Shown: positions 41,952-56,139 of the stretch, piece after piece | Layout of the letters: the number at the start of each line of letters is the position of its first letter | How positions within the stretch are numbered: the first letter of the stretch is position 1 | Origin: Blastocatellia bacterium | GTDB taxonomy: Bacteria > Acidobacteriota > Blastocatellia > HR10 > J050 | Assembly: GCA_026985075.1 (NCBI GenBank) | Contig: JALSQX010000020.1 | Coordinates: 158,966 to 222,965 of the forward strand | Length of the DNA: 64,000 nt | Direction of reading: 5' to 3' | The notes under the pieces: generated by a model | What the model was told of the DNA's origin: nothing | What the model saw: only the letters and a program-made list of their open reading frames with translations | Database searches by the model: none | Program-made: the position numbers and the translations under genes

Positions 41952-43602
41952 CTTCTGCCTCCTCCGGATAAGGTTTCGATGCGTAGGCGTAGGCCTCTTC
42001 GGTCACTACCGGCGTCCTCTCGAAGTTATGAGGCGGTGGCGGCGAGGGCGTCGTCCACTCCAATCCCTTCGCCTGCCAGGGATTGGCGCCGGCCAGAGGT
42101 CCATACTTCAGCGACCAGAGCAAATAGATGAACGGGATGATATAGCCGACGGCCAGAATGGATGCGCCCGCGGTGGACATCACGTTCAGCACCTGAAATT
42201 CCGGTGGGTACACGTGATAGCGTCGCGGCATGCCCAGATAACCGAGAACGAACTGCGGAAAGAACGTGAGGTTGAACCCGACGAAGATCACCAGGGCAGC
42301 GAACTTAGCCCATCCCTCGGGATAGAGCCGCCCGGTCATCTTCGGCCACCAGAAATGCATGGCGGCCATATATCCCATGATGGCCCCACCAACCATGATG
42401 TAGTGGAAGTGCGCCACGACAAAATAGGTATCGTGCAGGTGAACATCGGTGGCCAGCGTGGCCAGGAACAGTCCGGTCAATCCGCCAATGGTGAACAAGC
42501 CGATGAACCCCAGAGCATAGAGCATGGGCGCCTGATAGGATACGGATCCTTTGTACAGCGTGGCCGTCCAATTGAATACCTTCACCGCCGACGGAATGGC
42601 CACCAGCATGGTCAACACGGAAAAGATCATCCCGGCATAGACGGATTGGCCAGAAGTGAACATGTGATGCCCCCAGACCAGAAATCCGAGAACGGCGATG
42701 GCCAGACTGGAGAAAGCGATGAACGGATACCCGAAAACGCGTTTTCTGGAGAAACAGGCGATCACTTCGCTGATCACCCCCATCGAGGGGAGAATCATAA
42801 TGTACACCGCCGGATGCGAATAGAACCAGAACAGATGCTGAAACAGCAGAGGATCGCCGCCCAATTTGGGATCGAAAATGCCCAGTTTCAGGAGCCGTTC
42901 CAAGGCGACCAGCACGATGGAGATGGCCACCACCGGCGTCCCCAAAATCTGAATGAGGCTGGTCGCATAGTGCGCCCAGACGAATAGCGGCAACCGAAAC
43001 CAGGTCAATCCCGGCGCGCGCATCTTATGGATGGTGACGATGAAGTTGAGCCCGGTCAGGATCGATGAAAATCCCAGAATGAAGACGCCGACGGCGGTGA
43101 GCGCCACGTTGCTGTTGGAGTAAGTGCTGCTGTAGGGAGCATAGAACGTCCAGCCGGTATCCACGCCGCCGAGCGCCATGGCGGCGAACGTGAACACTCC
43201 CCCGATGGAGTAAATGTACCAACTCATCAGATTCAGTCGGGGGAAGGCCACATCCCGAGCACCGATCATCATGGGGATGAGGAAGTTCCCGAACACGGCG
43301 GGGATGGAAGGGATGAGGAAGAAGAAGATCATGGCCACGCCGTGCATGGTGAACAGTTTGTTGTACATCTCTGAGCTCACCACATCCCCCTCCGGGGTCA
43401 TCAATTCCAGGCGAATGAGGGCGGCAAAAATCCCCCCCAGAGCGAAGAAGATGGTGATCGAGATGAGATAGAGAATGCCGATCCGCTTATGATCGGTCGT
43501 CAGCAGCCAGGATTTGAGCCCGTAGTCGACGTTCAAATAGTTCACCGGGGTGGGCTCCCCTGGTGTTCCTGAATGTGCGTTGATCGGTGTGGCGTCCATC
43601 AC
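41944..43602 (-). CDS. ctaD: Cytochrome c oxidase subunit I (type A2)
   Basis: [38 protein letters not shown]. Confidence 0.97.
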   Translation of the reverse strand: MMDATPINAHSGTPGEPTPVNYLNVDYGLKSWLLTTDHKRIGILYLISITIFFALGGIFAALIRLELMTPEGDVVSSEMYNKLFTMHGVAMIFFFLIPSIPAVFGNFLIPMMIGARDVAFPRLNLMSWYIYSIGGVFTFAAMALGGVDTGWTFYAPYSSTYSNSNVALTAVGVFILGFSSILTGLNFIVTIHKMRAPGLTWFRLPLFVWAHYATSLIQILGTPVVAISIVLVALERLLKLGIFDPKLGGDPLLFQHLFWFYSHPAVYIMILPSMGVISEVIACFSRKRVFGYPFIAFSSLAIAVLGFLVWGHHMFTSGQSVYAGMIFSVLTMLVAIPSAVKVFNWTATLYKGSVSYQAPMLYALGFIGLFTIGGLTGLFLATLATDVHLHDTYFVVAHFHYIMVGGAIMGYMAAMHFWWPKMTGRLYPEGWAKFAALVIFVGFNLTFFPQFVLGYLGMPRRYHVYPPEFQVLNVMSTAGASILAVGYIIPFIYLLWSLKYGPLAGANPWQAKGLEWTTPSPPPPHNFERTPVVTEEAYAYASKPYPEEAEVV

Positions 43603-44552
43603 TGACTCCTTTCCTCTTTGCTGAGTGATTTGAGGTAGGCGATGATTTGCAGGATCCCCCGCTCGCTGATCTGGCCCTGATAGGTGGACATGATCGTGGG
43701 CGAGGGATAGCCAGCGACGATCTTGGCGTTGGGATTCAAAATGGATTCCCGAATGTAGGCTTCGTCGGCGATGACCGTCTCACCACTGAGCAATCTCACC
43801 GGTTTTCCGAACACGCCCACCAATGATGGCCCCCGGCCCGTTCCATCGGCGCGATGACAGGTGTTACACCCGAGCTGATTGAACAATCGCTCGCCCGCCG
43901 CCTCCATCGATTCGCCAACCACGCCACCACTCAGCCACGCCTGATACTCGGCCGGCTCCATCACCGTCACCCATCCCTTCATCTTCGAATGACCGGTCCC
44001 GCAGTATTCGGCGCAGAACAGGTGATAGCGCCCCGTCTTGGTCGCCTGGAACCAGATCGTCGCGTATCGTCCGGGCACCACATCTTTCTTGAGGCGGAAG
44101 GCCGGGATGTAAAAGCTATGGATCACGTCCTCGGAAGCCATGATGAGTTTGATCGGTCGGCCCACGGGAACGTGTAACTCGTTGATCTCCCGCTTCCCAT
44201 TGGTGTGTTGGATGTGCCACATCCACTGCTTCCCCACCACGTATACCTCTTCCGCGTCGGCGGGCACTTCGTTATACTCATCGAAGTAGAGCTTGGCGCC
44301 CCAGGCGAACATGATCATCACCAGCCCCAGGGGAATCACCGACCAGGCGATCTCCAGCGGAGTCGAGCCGTGAATCGACGGCGGGACGTCCGTCTCCGAC
44401 CGACGCCGATATTTGAGGGCGAACACGGTGAGGGAAATGAAGATCAAAGCGGCGAAGAAGACGGCCACGGCGACCAGGAAGAAATAGAGCGCATCGACCT
44501 TCCCGGCCATGGTCGAGGCCGCCTCAGGGAATAGAGGGACTCCTTGCTCCAT
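43599..44552 (-). CDS. ctaC: Cytochrome c oxidase subunit II with fused cytochrome c (caa3 type)
   Basis: DVIHSF and [12 protein letters not shown]uA ligands; C-terminal CNTCH. Confidence 0.96.
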   Translation of the reverse strand: MEQGVPLFPEAASTMAGKVDALYFFLVAVAVFFAALIFISLTVFALKYRRRSETDVPPSIHGSTPLEIAWSVIPLGLVMIMFAWGAKLYFDEYNEVPADAEEVYVVGKQWMWHIQHTNGKREINELHVPVGRPIKLIMASEDVIHSFYIPAFRLKKDVVPGRYATIWFQATKTGRYHLFCAEYCGTGHSKMKGWVTVMEPAEYQAWLSGGVVGESMEAAGERLFNQLGCNTCHRADGTGRGPSLVGVFGKPVRLLSGETVIADEAYIRESILNPNAKIVAGYPSPTIMSTYQGQISERGILQIIAYLKSLSKEERSQ

Positions 44553-44634
44553 AAGACCTCAACCTCCACAGACGAAGGGCGGAGCGGCCAGCCAGAGAGG
44601 CTCCCGATCCACTCCGCGATGTAGCTCCGTCCAT

Positions 44635-45555
44635 TCAACCATCTCGATGCTGTGCCGCTCGCTCTTCGATCGGAGCGTTTTTGAATCGCCGATCCCGACG
44701 AAACATGATGACCATGAACGTCCCGAGCAAAACCACCGTGATCAATCCGGCCACCCGTAATACATTCATAATGATGACGCCATACTTTCCCGTGGCCGGG
44801 TCATATTGGCAGCAGTACAGAATCAACTGATCGACCGGCGATCCGATCTGGCCTGCCGAAGCTTCCACTAATCCCAGACGGAGATCTCGGGACGGGTAGT
44901 CGATACCATAAAAGTAACGCGCGATCTTCCCCTCGGCGGTGAGCACCACGATCCCCGCAGCGTGAATGTAGAGATCCTTCTCCGGGTCATAGCGATAATG
45001 AAATCCCACTGCCTGGGTGAGCTGGTCAATGGCCATCTGATCGCCGGTGAGAAAATGCCACCCGGCGGCCGCGCCTGGCCGACCGTAATCCTCGATGTAC
45101 CGTTGTTTCTTCTTGGCCGCCAGAGCGGGCGTCTCGCGAGGATCGAAGCTCACCGTGAGCACAGTGAAATCCTTCCCCACATCCAGAGAGAGCGGCTTCA
45201 AAGCGCGCGCTAATCCGCTGAGCACCATGTTACAGAGCATGGGGCAGCGGTAGTACACCAGAGCCAGGACGACCGGTTTATCGCCGAAGTACTGACGAAG
45301 CGGCACCACCCGTCCCGCTTCATCCCGGAACACGAGATCCAGCGGGATCTGCTCATCCAGCTTCTGGTCGATGCCCACGCCGCGAAACATTCCCGGCATG
45401 TCGTTGGCCGTGAGCCCTTGCGCCCGCACCACTGAGGTGAATCCGAACGGGCCGGAGAGCATCAACCAGAGGGCCGTTACCACCATGCTCAACCCGCCGA
45501 GCCGTCGGTGGCTCTTCACCGGCTGCGTTCGATGAATTCTGAGATCGATATTCAT
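44635..45555 (-). CDS. SCO family copper chaperone
   Basis: CPMLC, SFDP.E, WHFLTG, conserved His in YIHAAG; C-terminal TM. Confidence 0.92.
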   Translation of the reverse strand: MNIDLRIHRTQPVKSHRRLGGLSMVVTALWLMLSGPFGFTSVVRAQGLTANDMPGMFRGVGIDQKLDEQIPLDLVFRDEAGRVVPLRQYFGDKPVVLALVYYRCPMLCNMVLSGLARALKPLSLDVGKDFTVLTVSFDPRETPALAAKKKQRYIEDYGRPGAAAGWHFLTGDQMAIDQLTQAVGFHYRYDPEKDLYIHAAGIVVLTAEGKIARYFYGIDYPSRDLRLGLVEASAGQIGSPVDQLILYCCQYDPATGKYGVIIMNVLRVAGLITVVLLGTFMVIMFRRDRRFKNAPIEERAAQHRDG

Positions 45556-45627
45556 AAATCTCCAAGTTTATCTGAACCGAGCCGCGCGAGCAACGTTTGG
45601 GCCGACCGGGCGAGACGTCGGCTCGGT

Positions 45628-46086
45628 TCACCGATCATGATCCGCCCCCCGAGTTCCTGACGAGGAACTCGAATCTGCCGGCGGCTGCGACCTGGCCGGG
45701 AGCCCTCGTTGCAAGATGAGGTCCATAGCCCGATCGATCGGGATATGGACCACGCCCGCTTCCTTATTCACCCAGCCGTAACTATGAAGGACGGTCTCCT
45801 CCCGAGCGCGCAATCGCTCCAGATCCGTCTCCGGCGTCACCTGGAGTCGAGGTTCCGGCGGAAGCGGCCGCTCGATGGTCACCGGGGGAGGCGGCGGCTG
45901 GAGTTTGGCCTCTCGAGCCTCCAGGTAGTCGAACAGCGCCCACATGCCCACCAGCGCCAGGAGGATTAAAACGCCCAGCGAGACGAAGAAGATCACCGCC
46001 GAACGAGGTTGGATGTCGCGCACCTCATGAGCTGGAGATACCGGAGGAGCAGCGTGCCCCTCTCCTGAAGGCTTCGTCTCAGGCAT
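45628..46086 (-). CDS. actG: Alternative complex III small subunit (ActG-like)
   Basis: Single TM, PPEPRLQ, YGWV...VHIPIDRAM; lies between actF and sco. Confidence 0.7.
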   Translation of the reverse strand: MPETKPSGEGHAAPPVSPAHEVRDIQPRSAVIFFVSLGVLILLALVGMWALFDYLEAREAKLQPPPPPVTIERPLPPEPRLQVTPETDLERLRAREETVLHSYGWVNKEAGVVHIPIDRAMDLILQRGLPARSQPPADSSSSSGTRGADHDR

Positions 46087-47254
46087 GATGCAATGCCTCC
46101 TGTACCCGTGGATCGTGAACCGGAATCATCGACCGCGCCTTCAACTGACCGGCGAATACGGTCATCCAAATCCCTCCCATTCCCACCAGGATGGCCACAT
46201 GCGTCCAGTGAATGGGGATGCCCGTCGGTTGGAACGCGGGCACGACCAGCCAGAACAAGTCGATCAATCGCATGATGATCATCAATCCAGCCACGGCGAC
46301 CAACATCCGCACCTCGCGCTTCGTCCTTCGAAAGAGGAGCAAAAAGAATGGCACGGCAAAATGAAACAGCATCAGCGAGATGGCCACCGCCTGCCAACTC
46401 CCCTTGATGCGATGCAAGTACCAGGGAATCTCTTCGGGCAGATTCCCCGACCAGATGAGCAGAAATTGGGCAAAGGACATGTAAGCCCAGAGGACGATGA
46501 ACGCCAGCATGAGGTTGCCCAGATCGTGAAAGTGCGAACGGGACACGACCTCGGCCAGCGGTTGATGCCGGGCCAGTACGGCCAAGATGATGATGAGAAA
46601 AGCAAATGTCGTCAGCGCCTGCCCGACGACGATGAGGAATCCGTAGATGGTCGAGAACCAATGCGGCTCGAGCGACATGATCCAATCGATGGCCGCAAAG
46701 CTCATGGTCAAGACATAGAGCACGAGGCCCGGACCGCTCACTGCCTGCAATCGACGCGTCAACCAGGGATCGCCGGTGCGGTCTTGTTCCCAGGACCACT
46801 TGGTGAGCACATGGGCCAGCGCGAACCAGATGACGAAGTAGAGCACGGCGCGCGCCCAGAAGAAGGTGACATTGAGATATGGACTCTTATGGCGCAAGAG
46901 CTCGTCCTGGCCGACGACGTCCTTATGCGTCCACTCATAGAGATCGTGCAGTCCGAACGCCAGGAGGGGAAGAAAGAAGATGGCCATCACCGGAAGCGTT
47001 CGGGCTCCCGATTCGAGCAGGCGCTGGATGACGAATCCCCACCGTCCACTGACCAGATGATGCAGCATGAGAATGGCCAGGCACCCCAGCGTGATACTCA
47101 ACCAGAAGAGCGCGGCCAACAGATAGGACTGGAAGAACTGAGATCGATCGAGGAAAAACCCAGCTCCTCCCAACACCAGTCCGACGACGCCCACCAGGAG
47201 TGACCGTCGCTCGATCCGATTCAAGGTGAGGTGGAGTGATGTCAGTTGATTCAT
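46079..47254 (-). CDS. actF: Alternative complex III membrane subunit ActF
   Basis: About 10 TM, DWIMSLEPHWFSTIYG, QFLLIWSGNLPEE. Confidence 0.9.
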   Translation of the reverse strand: MNQLTSLHLTLNRIERRSLLVGVVGLVLGGAGFFLDRSQFFQSYLLAALFWLSITLGCLAILMLHHLVSGRWGFVIQRLLESGARTLPVMAIFFLPLLAFGLHDLYEWTHKDVVGQDELLRHKSPYLNVTFFWARAVLYFVIWFALAHVLTKWSWEQDRTGDPWLTRRLQAVSGPGLVLYVLTMSFAAIDWIMSLEPHWFSTIYGFLIVVGQALTTFAFLIIILAVLARHQPLAEVVSRSHFHDLGNLMLAFIVLWAYMSFAQFLLIWSGNLPEEIPWYLHRIKGSWQAVAISLMLFHFAVPFFLLLFRRTKREVRMLVAVAGLMIIMRLIDLFWLVVPAFQPTGIPIHWTHVAILVGMGGIWMTVFAGQLKARSMIPVHDPRVQEALHHA

Positions 47255-47268
47255 CGGTGCTCTGTCCG

Positions 47269-48087
47269 TTATTCGTGATTCGTCGTTGGCGATTGATCGC
47301 CGGTGGTCGATCGCGCCCCACTTGATCCTTGCTCTTGGATTCCCGCATCATGCCTCTTGACGGCCGGTGGCGCCAGCAATTTCGCTCGCTCCTCTGGCGG
47401 CACATCGTCGAGCGTAGCATTCTGGCTCAACTGCAACGCCCGAATGTAAGCCACAATCGCCCATCGATCTCGAGGTGGAATGCGCGACGCATAACTGTAC
47501 ATGCGACCGAACCCATTCGTGATCACATCGTAGAAATGCCCCACCGGGGCCTTCTGGAGCCGTTCGATGTGAAAGGAGGGAGGATGCGGGAATCCGCGCT
47601 CGACGATCATCCCTCGACCGCTTCCCGTCCGATCATGACAGACGGCGCAGAAGATATTATAGCGCTCCCGCCCTCGCTCCAGCACCTGGCGAGTGATGGG
47701 AAAAGGAAACGTATCGACCAACTGACCATTCACTTTGCCCGTGTAGAAGTGCTCGTCCAGTCGGAGATGGCCGCGCGCGACCGTCCCTTTGACCAGCGGC
47801 CGGGCCGATCGCCCGTCGGGGAAGAATCGGCTGGCCGCCAGCGGCTTATATCTCGGTTGATCGTGCATATCGAGGCGACAGCCCGACACCAGCACCAGAC
47901 AGAGGCCGACACCCATCCCGATCACCACGTTCGTCCACCGTCTCCTCGGCGCCTCGCCTATCGCCTGCGGTCTTTCATCCTTGATGGGACGTTCGCGGCG
48001 CAGGGTCCACGGCCGGCGACCGGCCATCGACCAAAGAGCGCGGACATCGTTCCTGCGACCACCGACGATGTGTCGTTCATTCCTCAA
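47269..48087 (-). CDS. actE: Alternative complex III monoheme cytochrome c lipoprotein ActE
   Basis: Lipobox VSGC, DMHDQP, CAVCH, GRM, DRWAIVAY; start uncertain (TTG 48087 or later). Confidence 0.88.
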   Translation of the reverse strand: MRNERHIVGGRRNDVRALWSMAGRRPWTLRRERPIKDERPQAIGEAPRRRWTNVVIGMGVGLCLVLVSGCRLDMHDQPRYKPLAASRFFPDGRSARPLVKGTVARGHLRLDEHFYTGKVNGQLVDTFPFPITRQVLERGRERYNIFCAVCHDRTGSGRGMIVERGFPHPPSFHIERLQKAPVGHFYDVITNGFGRMYSYASRIPPRDRWAIVAYIRALQLSQNATLDDVPPEERAKLLAPPAVKRHDAGIQEQGSSGARSTTGDQSPTTNHE

Positions 48088-48613
48088 CTTCGTGCACCTC
48101 CTGAGGTCCTAAACTCCGCAAGAACTGCTCGGTGGCTGCCCGATCGAATTTGGGATCGCGAGCTTCAATGCACAGGAAGAAGCGATCGCGGCTGGCCAGC
48201 TCGAATCGAGAGACATTGAACACCGGATGATGCGGTCGTGGCAATCCATTCAACGCCAGCATGCCGATGACGGCACCGAACGCGCCGAATAGGATGCCCA
48301 TCTCGAAGGTCACGGGGATGAAGGCGGGCCAACTATGGAACGGGCGCCCGCCGACGTTGAGCGGATAGTCGATGACCGAGATCCAATACTGGAGCAGGTA
48401 ACCGCTCAGGGCGCCGACCAGGCCAGCCACCAGCACGCAGAGGGCGACGCGATTGTGGTAGAACCCGATCGCCTCGGGCAGTCCTTCGATGGGATAGGGC
48501 GTATAGGCCTCCATATGGCGATAGCCTTCCCGGTAGGCCCGACGAGCCGCTTCCAGCAGGCTCTCCGGCGCATCAAATTCGGCCATCAATCCATAGATCC
48601 CCGTCGCGTTCAT
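48077..48613 (-). CDS. actD: Alternative complex III subunit ActD (DUF3341)
   Basis: GLMAEF, YTPYP, YPLNVGGRP, AFIPVTFE. Confidence 0.92.
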   Translation of the reverse strand: MNATGIYGLMAEFDAPESLLEAARRAYREGYRHMEAYTPYPIEGLPEAIGFYHNRVALCVLVAGLVGALSGYLLQYWISVIDYPLNVGGRPFHSWPAFIPVTFEMGILFGAFGAVIGMLALNGLPRPHHPVFNVSRFELASRDRFFLCIEARDPKFDRAATEQFLRSLGPQEVHEVEE

Positions 48614-48616
48614 CGT

Positions 48617-53071
<4,455 letters not shown>

Positions 53072-53075
<4 letters not shown>

Positions 53076-53728
53076 CGGTGACACACAGAGCAATCGGTCA
53101 ATCTCTCTTTGGGAATGTGATATTCCTTGATGAGTTTTCGGCCCAGGGCGAGTTGATCGCCGGTCGGCTTCCAGTGGAGATTGAACACCTCTTCGCGCGG
53201 ACGGAGATAGCGTTCCGGCTGACGATGACATTGCAAGCACCACTCCATGCGGAGGGTGTTCACCGCCCACATCAACGGCATCTCATCAACCTGTCCATGG
53301 CAGGTCACACAGCCGACACCCTTGTTGACATGAATGCTGTGATCGAAATAGACGAATTCGGGCAGATCATGGACGCGCACCCACTGGAGCGGTTTGCCCG
53401 TCCGCCAGCTCTCCCGCACCGGTTCTAACATGGCGGCATCCTTATGAATCTGGGAATGGCAGGTCATGCAGGTTTCTACCGGAGGGAGTCCGGCAAACCG
53501 ACTCTCCTCTGCCGTGGTGTGACAATACCGACAATCGATGCCGAGTTGACCAACATGATGTCGGTGACTGAAGGGCACCGGTTGCTCGCGAGGAACATTC
53601 ACCCGCGTCACATAAGATGACCGGTCGATGGCCGCCAGCACCGTGGTCAGAATGGCCAGGACGACCACCGCCCCGACGATGCTCAGCTTGGCAATGACGT
53701 TGAAGCTTCGATGAAAAATCTGAGCCAT
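53072..53728 (-). CDS. actA: Alternative complex III pentaheme cytochrome c ActA
   Basis: MAQIF start, one TM, five CxxCH (CRYCH, CMTCH, CVTCH, CLQCH, CSVCH). Confidence 0.95.
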
Positions 53729-53969
53729 CTCACCCTCTCCGCCAAAGTGGCACTGTTCGCCTTACGTCATTCCGTTCAAAAATACGCCCGCGAATAAAAA
53801 GGCCTGGCGCGAAGGAGGCACTCTCCAGGAGCGAGTCTCTCGACCAGCGCGGTCACGCTCATTTTCCCTCAGGTACTTGATTGTTCGACTGATGATGAAC
53901 ACTCGCCGCCTTCGCTCACCCCGTCCAAATCTTCATTCTTTATTTGATGACCTCAGTCAAATAGGCGGA

Positions 53970-53998
53970 AGTATAGCAAAGAAGCCCAGGCAAGTAAA
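53970..53998 (-). promoter_or_regulatory. Sigma70 promoter of the act-cta operon
   Basis: Minus strand TTTACT (53998-93), 17 bp, extended -10 TGcTATACT (53978-70). Confidence 0.62.
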
Positions 53999-54181
53999 GA
54001 GATGTTTTTGACCTCGCGTTCACGGAGAACCTTCCATCAGCGTGAAGGTATTTCTACCGATCAGTCCCCGATAGGGAGGGATGAACGGGGGCAGAACGCC
54101 GCATCGGTCGTTGAAATGGGGGATCGAATCCGGACGCGTCCTGGTTGATTTCGGGAACACCGTGAGGCAGGAGTGAGCGGA

Positions 54182-54219
54182 GCGAGGATCGAGCTGGGCC
54201 GATCCCGGTCGATCCTCGC
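54182..54219 (-). terminator. Strong hairpin just after the cytochrome c gene (3' stabiliser or terminator)
   Basis: GCGAGGATCGA (54182-92) / TCGATCCTCGC (54209-19) 11-bp inverted repeat; no U-tract. Confidence 0.45.
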
Positions 54220-54227
54220 CGCCGGAG

Positions 54228-54917
54228 CTAGTGTTTGCCCGGATCGAGGGGCACGCCTCTCCGCTGATAGGTGATGTACGCTTCCAGGGCCAACATCCGG
54301 GGATCGTCGAGAGCCAACGGTTTCCCTTTGACTGGATTCTCGATGCACCAGTTGATCATATCGCGGAGAGCGGCCACCCGCTTCAACTGCGTTTGGAATT
54401 TGGGGTAGGTCTCCGGGTGCGTATTGGCGGCGTCCGGATGACACATATCGCAGGAGATGCCGATGGTTCCGCCGATGGCCTTCCAGTCGTGAAACAGACG
54501 ACGACCTTCCTCCACCAATCGCTTCTGCTCCCGTTGCCAGATCAATCGATCTCGTCGCGTCCACTTGGACGCCTGCTTGGCCTGTTGCTGAGCGTAGCGC
54601 GCCATCAGGCGACGGGCGACCAGGCGGGCCTTCTCCGGGGGCAGGACCTCTCCCTCGCGGACATCGGCGATCTCCATCTGGGTGCGCCCATCGCAGAGTT
54701 GAACGACCAGGTGACCGTCTTCGCTCTGGGGCTGTGGATGTTGGGATGGCGGGCGCTGTTGAGCGGCAGCCAGCGGGATGATATCCGTCACGACGTTCAA
54801 CCAGCTCCCCGGCGCCGCGCTATCGGACGACAGGGGCCACAGCCCACACCAACCGATGATGAACGCGCCCATGATGATCAGCTTGACATGTCGTATTCTC
54901 ATGGCATCCTCCCTCAT
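54228..54917 (-). CDS. Exported monoheme cytochrome c with SoxA-like C-terminal domain
   Basis: Signal-like N-terminus, SCDMCH, YPKF, DMINWCIENP.KG..L, LALEAYI. Confidence 0.8.
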   Translation of the reverse strand: MREDAMRIRHVKLIIMGAFIIGWCGLWPLSSDSAAPGSWLNVVTDIIPLAAAQQRPPSQHPQPQSEDGHLVVQLCDGRTQMEIADVREGEVLPPEKARLVARRLMARYAQQQAKQASKWTRRDRLIWQREQKRLVEEGRRLFHDWKAIGGTIGISCDMCHPDAANTHPETYPKFQTQLKRVAALRDMINWCIENPVKGKPLALDDPRMLALEAYITYQRRGVPLDPGKH

Positions 54918-54938
54918 CGCGTGCTGGATCTCAAGGTT

Positions 54939-56066
54939 TCAGTACGATGGAAACTGCGGTGCCGGTGGCCGGGCTTCTTTGCCCCAGGATTCCAGATAGG
55001 CCTTGGCCACGGTGATAGGATTCCGGCTCCACAGGTTATAATGCTTGTCCACGTACCCGCTCCCATACACATCTACTGTCCCATCGCCCGTCCCATCGGC
55101 CTCATCGAACGGATCGGCGCGATCCATCTGCACGGTGAGCTTGGGCAGACCCTCGGGCGCGTAAGGCCATGGCCAGGCTGTGGAGAGCATGCCGTGGAAG
55201 TGGATATTCCTGATCCGATTGGTCAACAACTGGTGCGTATGCCCGTGAATGACGGTGACCGATCGGTAGGGGAAAAGAATCTCCTGCACCGCCTCGGCAT
55301 CTTCGGTCCAGAAGTTCCAGGGGCGGTAGTACTTATACAGCGGCGAGTGAGAGAAGACGATGATGGGCGTCTCTGGAGAAACGTTGGCCAGATCCCGCCT
55401 CAACCACTCGCGTCCCTCGGGACCGACTTCGAACCGGCTCTGAATGGGATTATCCAACCCGGCCACCGTCTTCATCCGCTCCATCGGCGTCATGTTTCGC
55501 GCCGTCCAGAAGTCCTTCTCGTTGACGCTCATCAAGACGATGAAGTGAATGCCCTTATGATCGAAGGAATAGTTGGGCGGGCCGAATAGTTCCTGCCATT
55601 TTTCTCCCATGTCCAGGAACCAATCGTGTTCGCCGACCATCATCTTCACCGGCGCTTTCAATTCGCTCAGAATCTGTTTGCCCAGTTCGAGTTCTTGAGG
55701 TTGACCGAGTTGCGCCAGGTCGCCGCCGAACAGCACGAAGTCGGGTTGAGGATCGAGCGCATTGACATCTTCGACGGCGCGCATGGCCGCTTTGACGAAT
55801 CGTTCGTTCAACCGGCGCTCATAAAGATGCGTGTCGGAAATGTAAGCGAACTGAAACAGCGGCTTCTCATCCTCGCTGGCCCGCACGACATCGACCAGTT
55901 GGAACGAATGGGGCGGCAGGACCGTCTTGGCCGTGGTCACGGCGGCGGCCATACCCGCCACCTTGAGGAACGCGCGGCGGTCAAGGCGCTTGACGGCAGC
56001 GAAGAAGTCGGCCCGCTCCTGGCGGTACTGTTGTTCGCGTTGTTTCCATTTCAATGGCCACATCAT
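54939..56066 (-). CDS. Tat-exported calcineurin-like metallophosphoesterase
   Basis: DRRAFLK Tat motif; SDTH, GGDLAQ, GEHD, FSH, HGHTH motifs; GGAGG before ATG at 56066. Confidence 0.88.
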   Translation of the reverse strand: MMWPLKWKQREQQYRQERADFFAAVKRLDRRAFLKVAGMAAAVTTAKTVLPPHSFQLVDVVRASEDEKPLFQFAYISDTHLYERRLNERFVKAAMRAVEDVNALDPQPDFVLFGGDLAQLGQPQELELGKQILSELKAPVKMMVGEHDWFLDMGEKWQELFGPPNYSFDHKGIHFIVLMSVNEKDFWTARNMTPMERMKTVAGLDNPIQSRFEVGPEGREWLRRDLANVSPETPIIVFSHSPLYKYYRPWNFWTEDAEAVQEILFPYRSVTVIHGHTHQLLTNRIRNIHFHGMLSTAWPWPYAPEGLPKLTVQMDRADPFDEADGTGDGTVDVYGSGYVDKHYNLWSRNPITVAKAYLESWGKEARPPAPQFPSY

Positions 56067-56139
56067 GCACCTCCCTGGTGAGGTTTCGTCGGCGATTCGC
56101 CTTTCGAGTCGCGTTTCATCGCTGACGATTCCGGTTCGC

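Noticed and set aside
53941..53963. FNR or Rex box upstream of actA
   Set aside because: Half-site spacing does not fit TTGAT-N4-ATCAA or the Rex consensus; kept only as an unassigned palindrome
54085..54140. GGATCGAATCC resembling a tRNA T-loop (tRNA-Sec was considered)
   Set aside because: No acceptor stem or cloverleaf can be built
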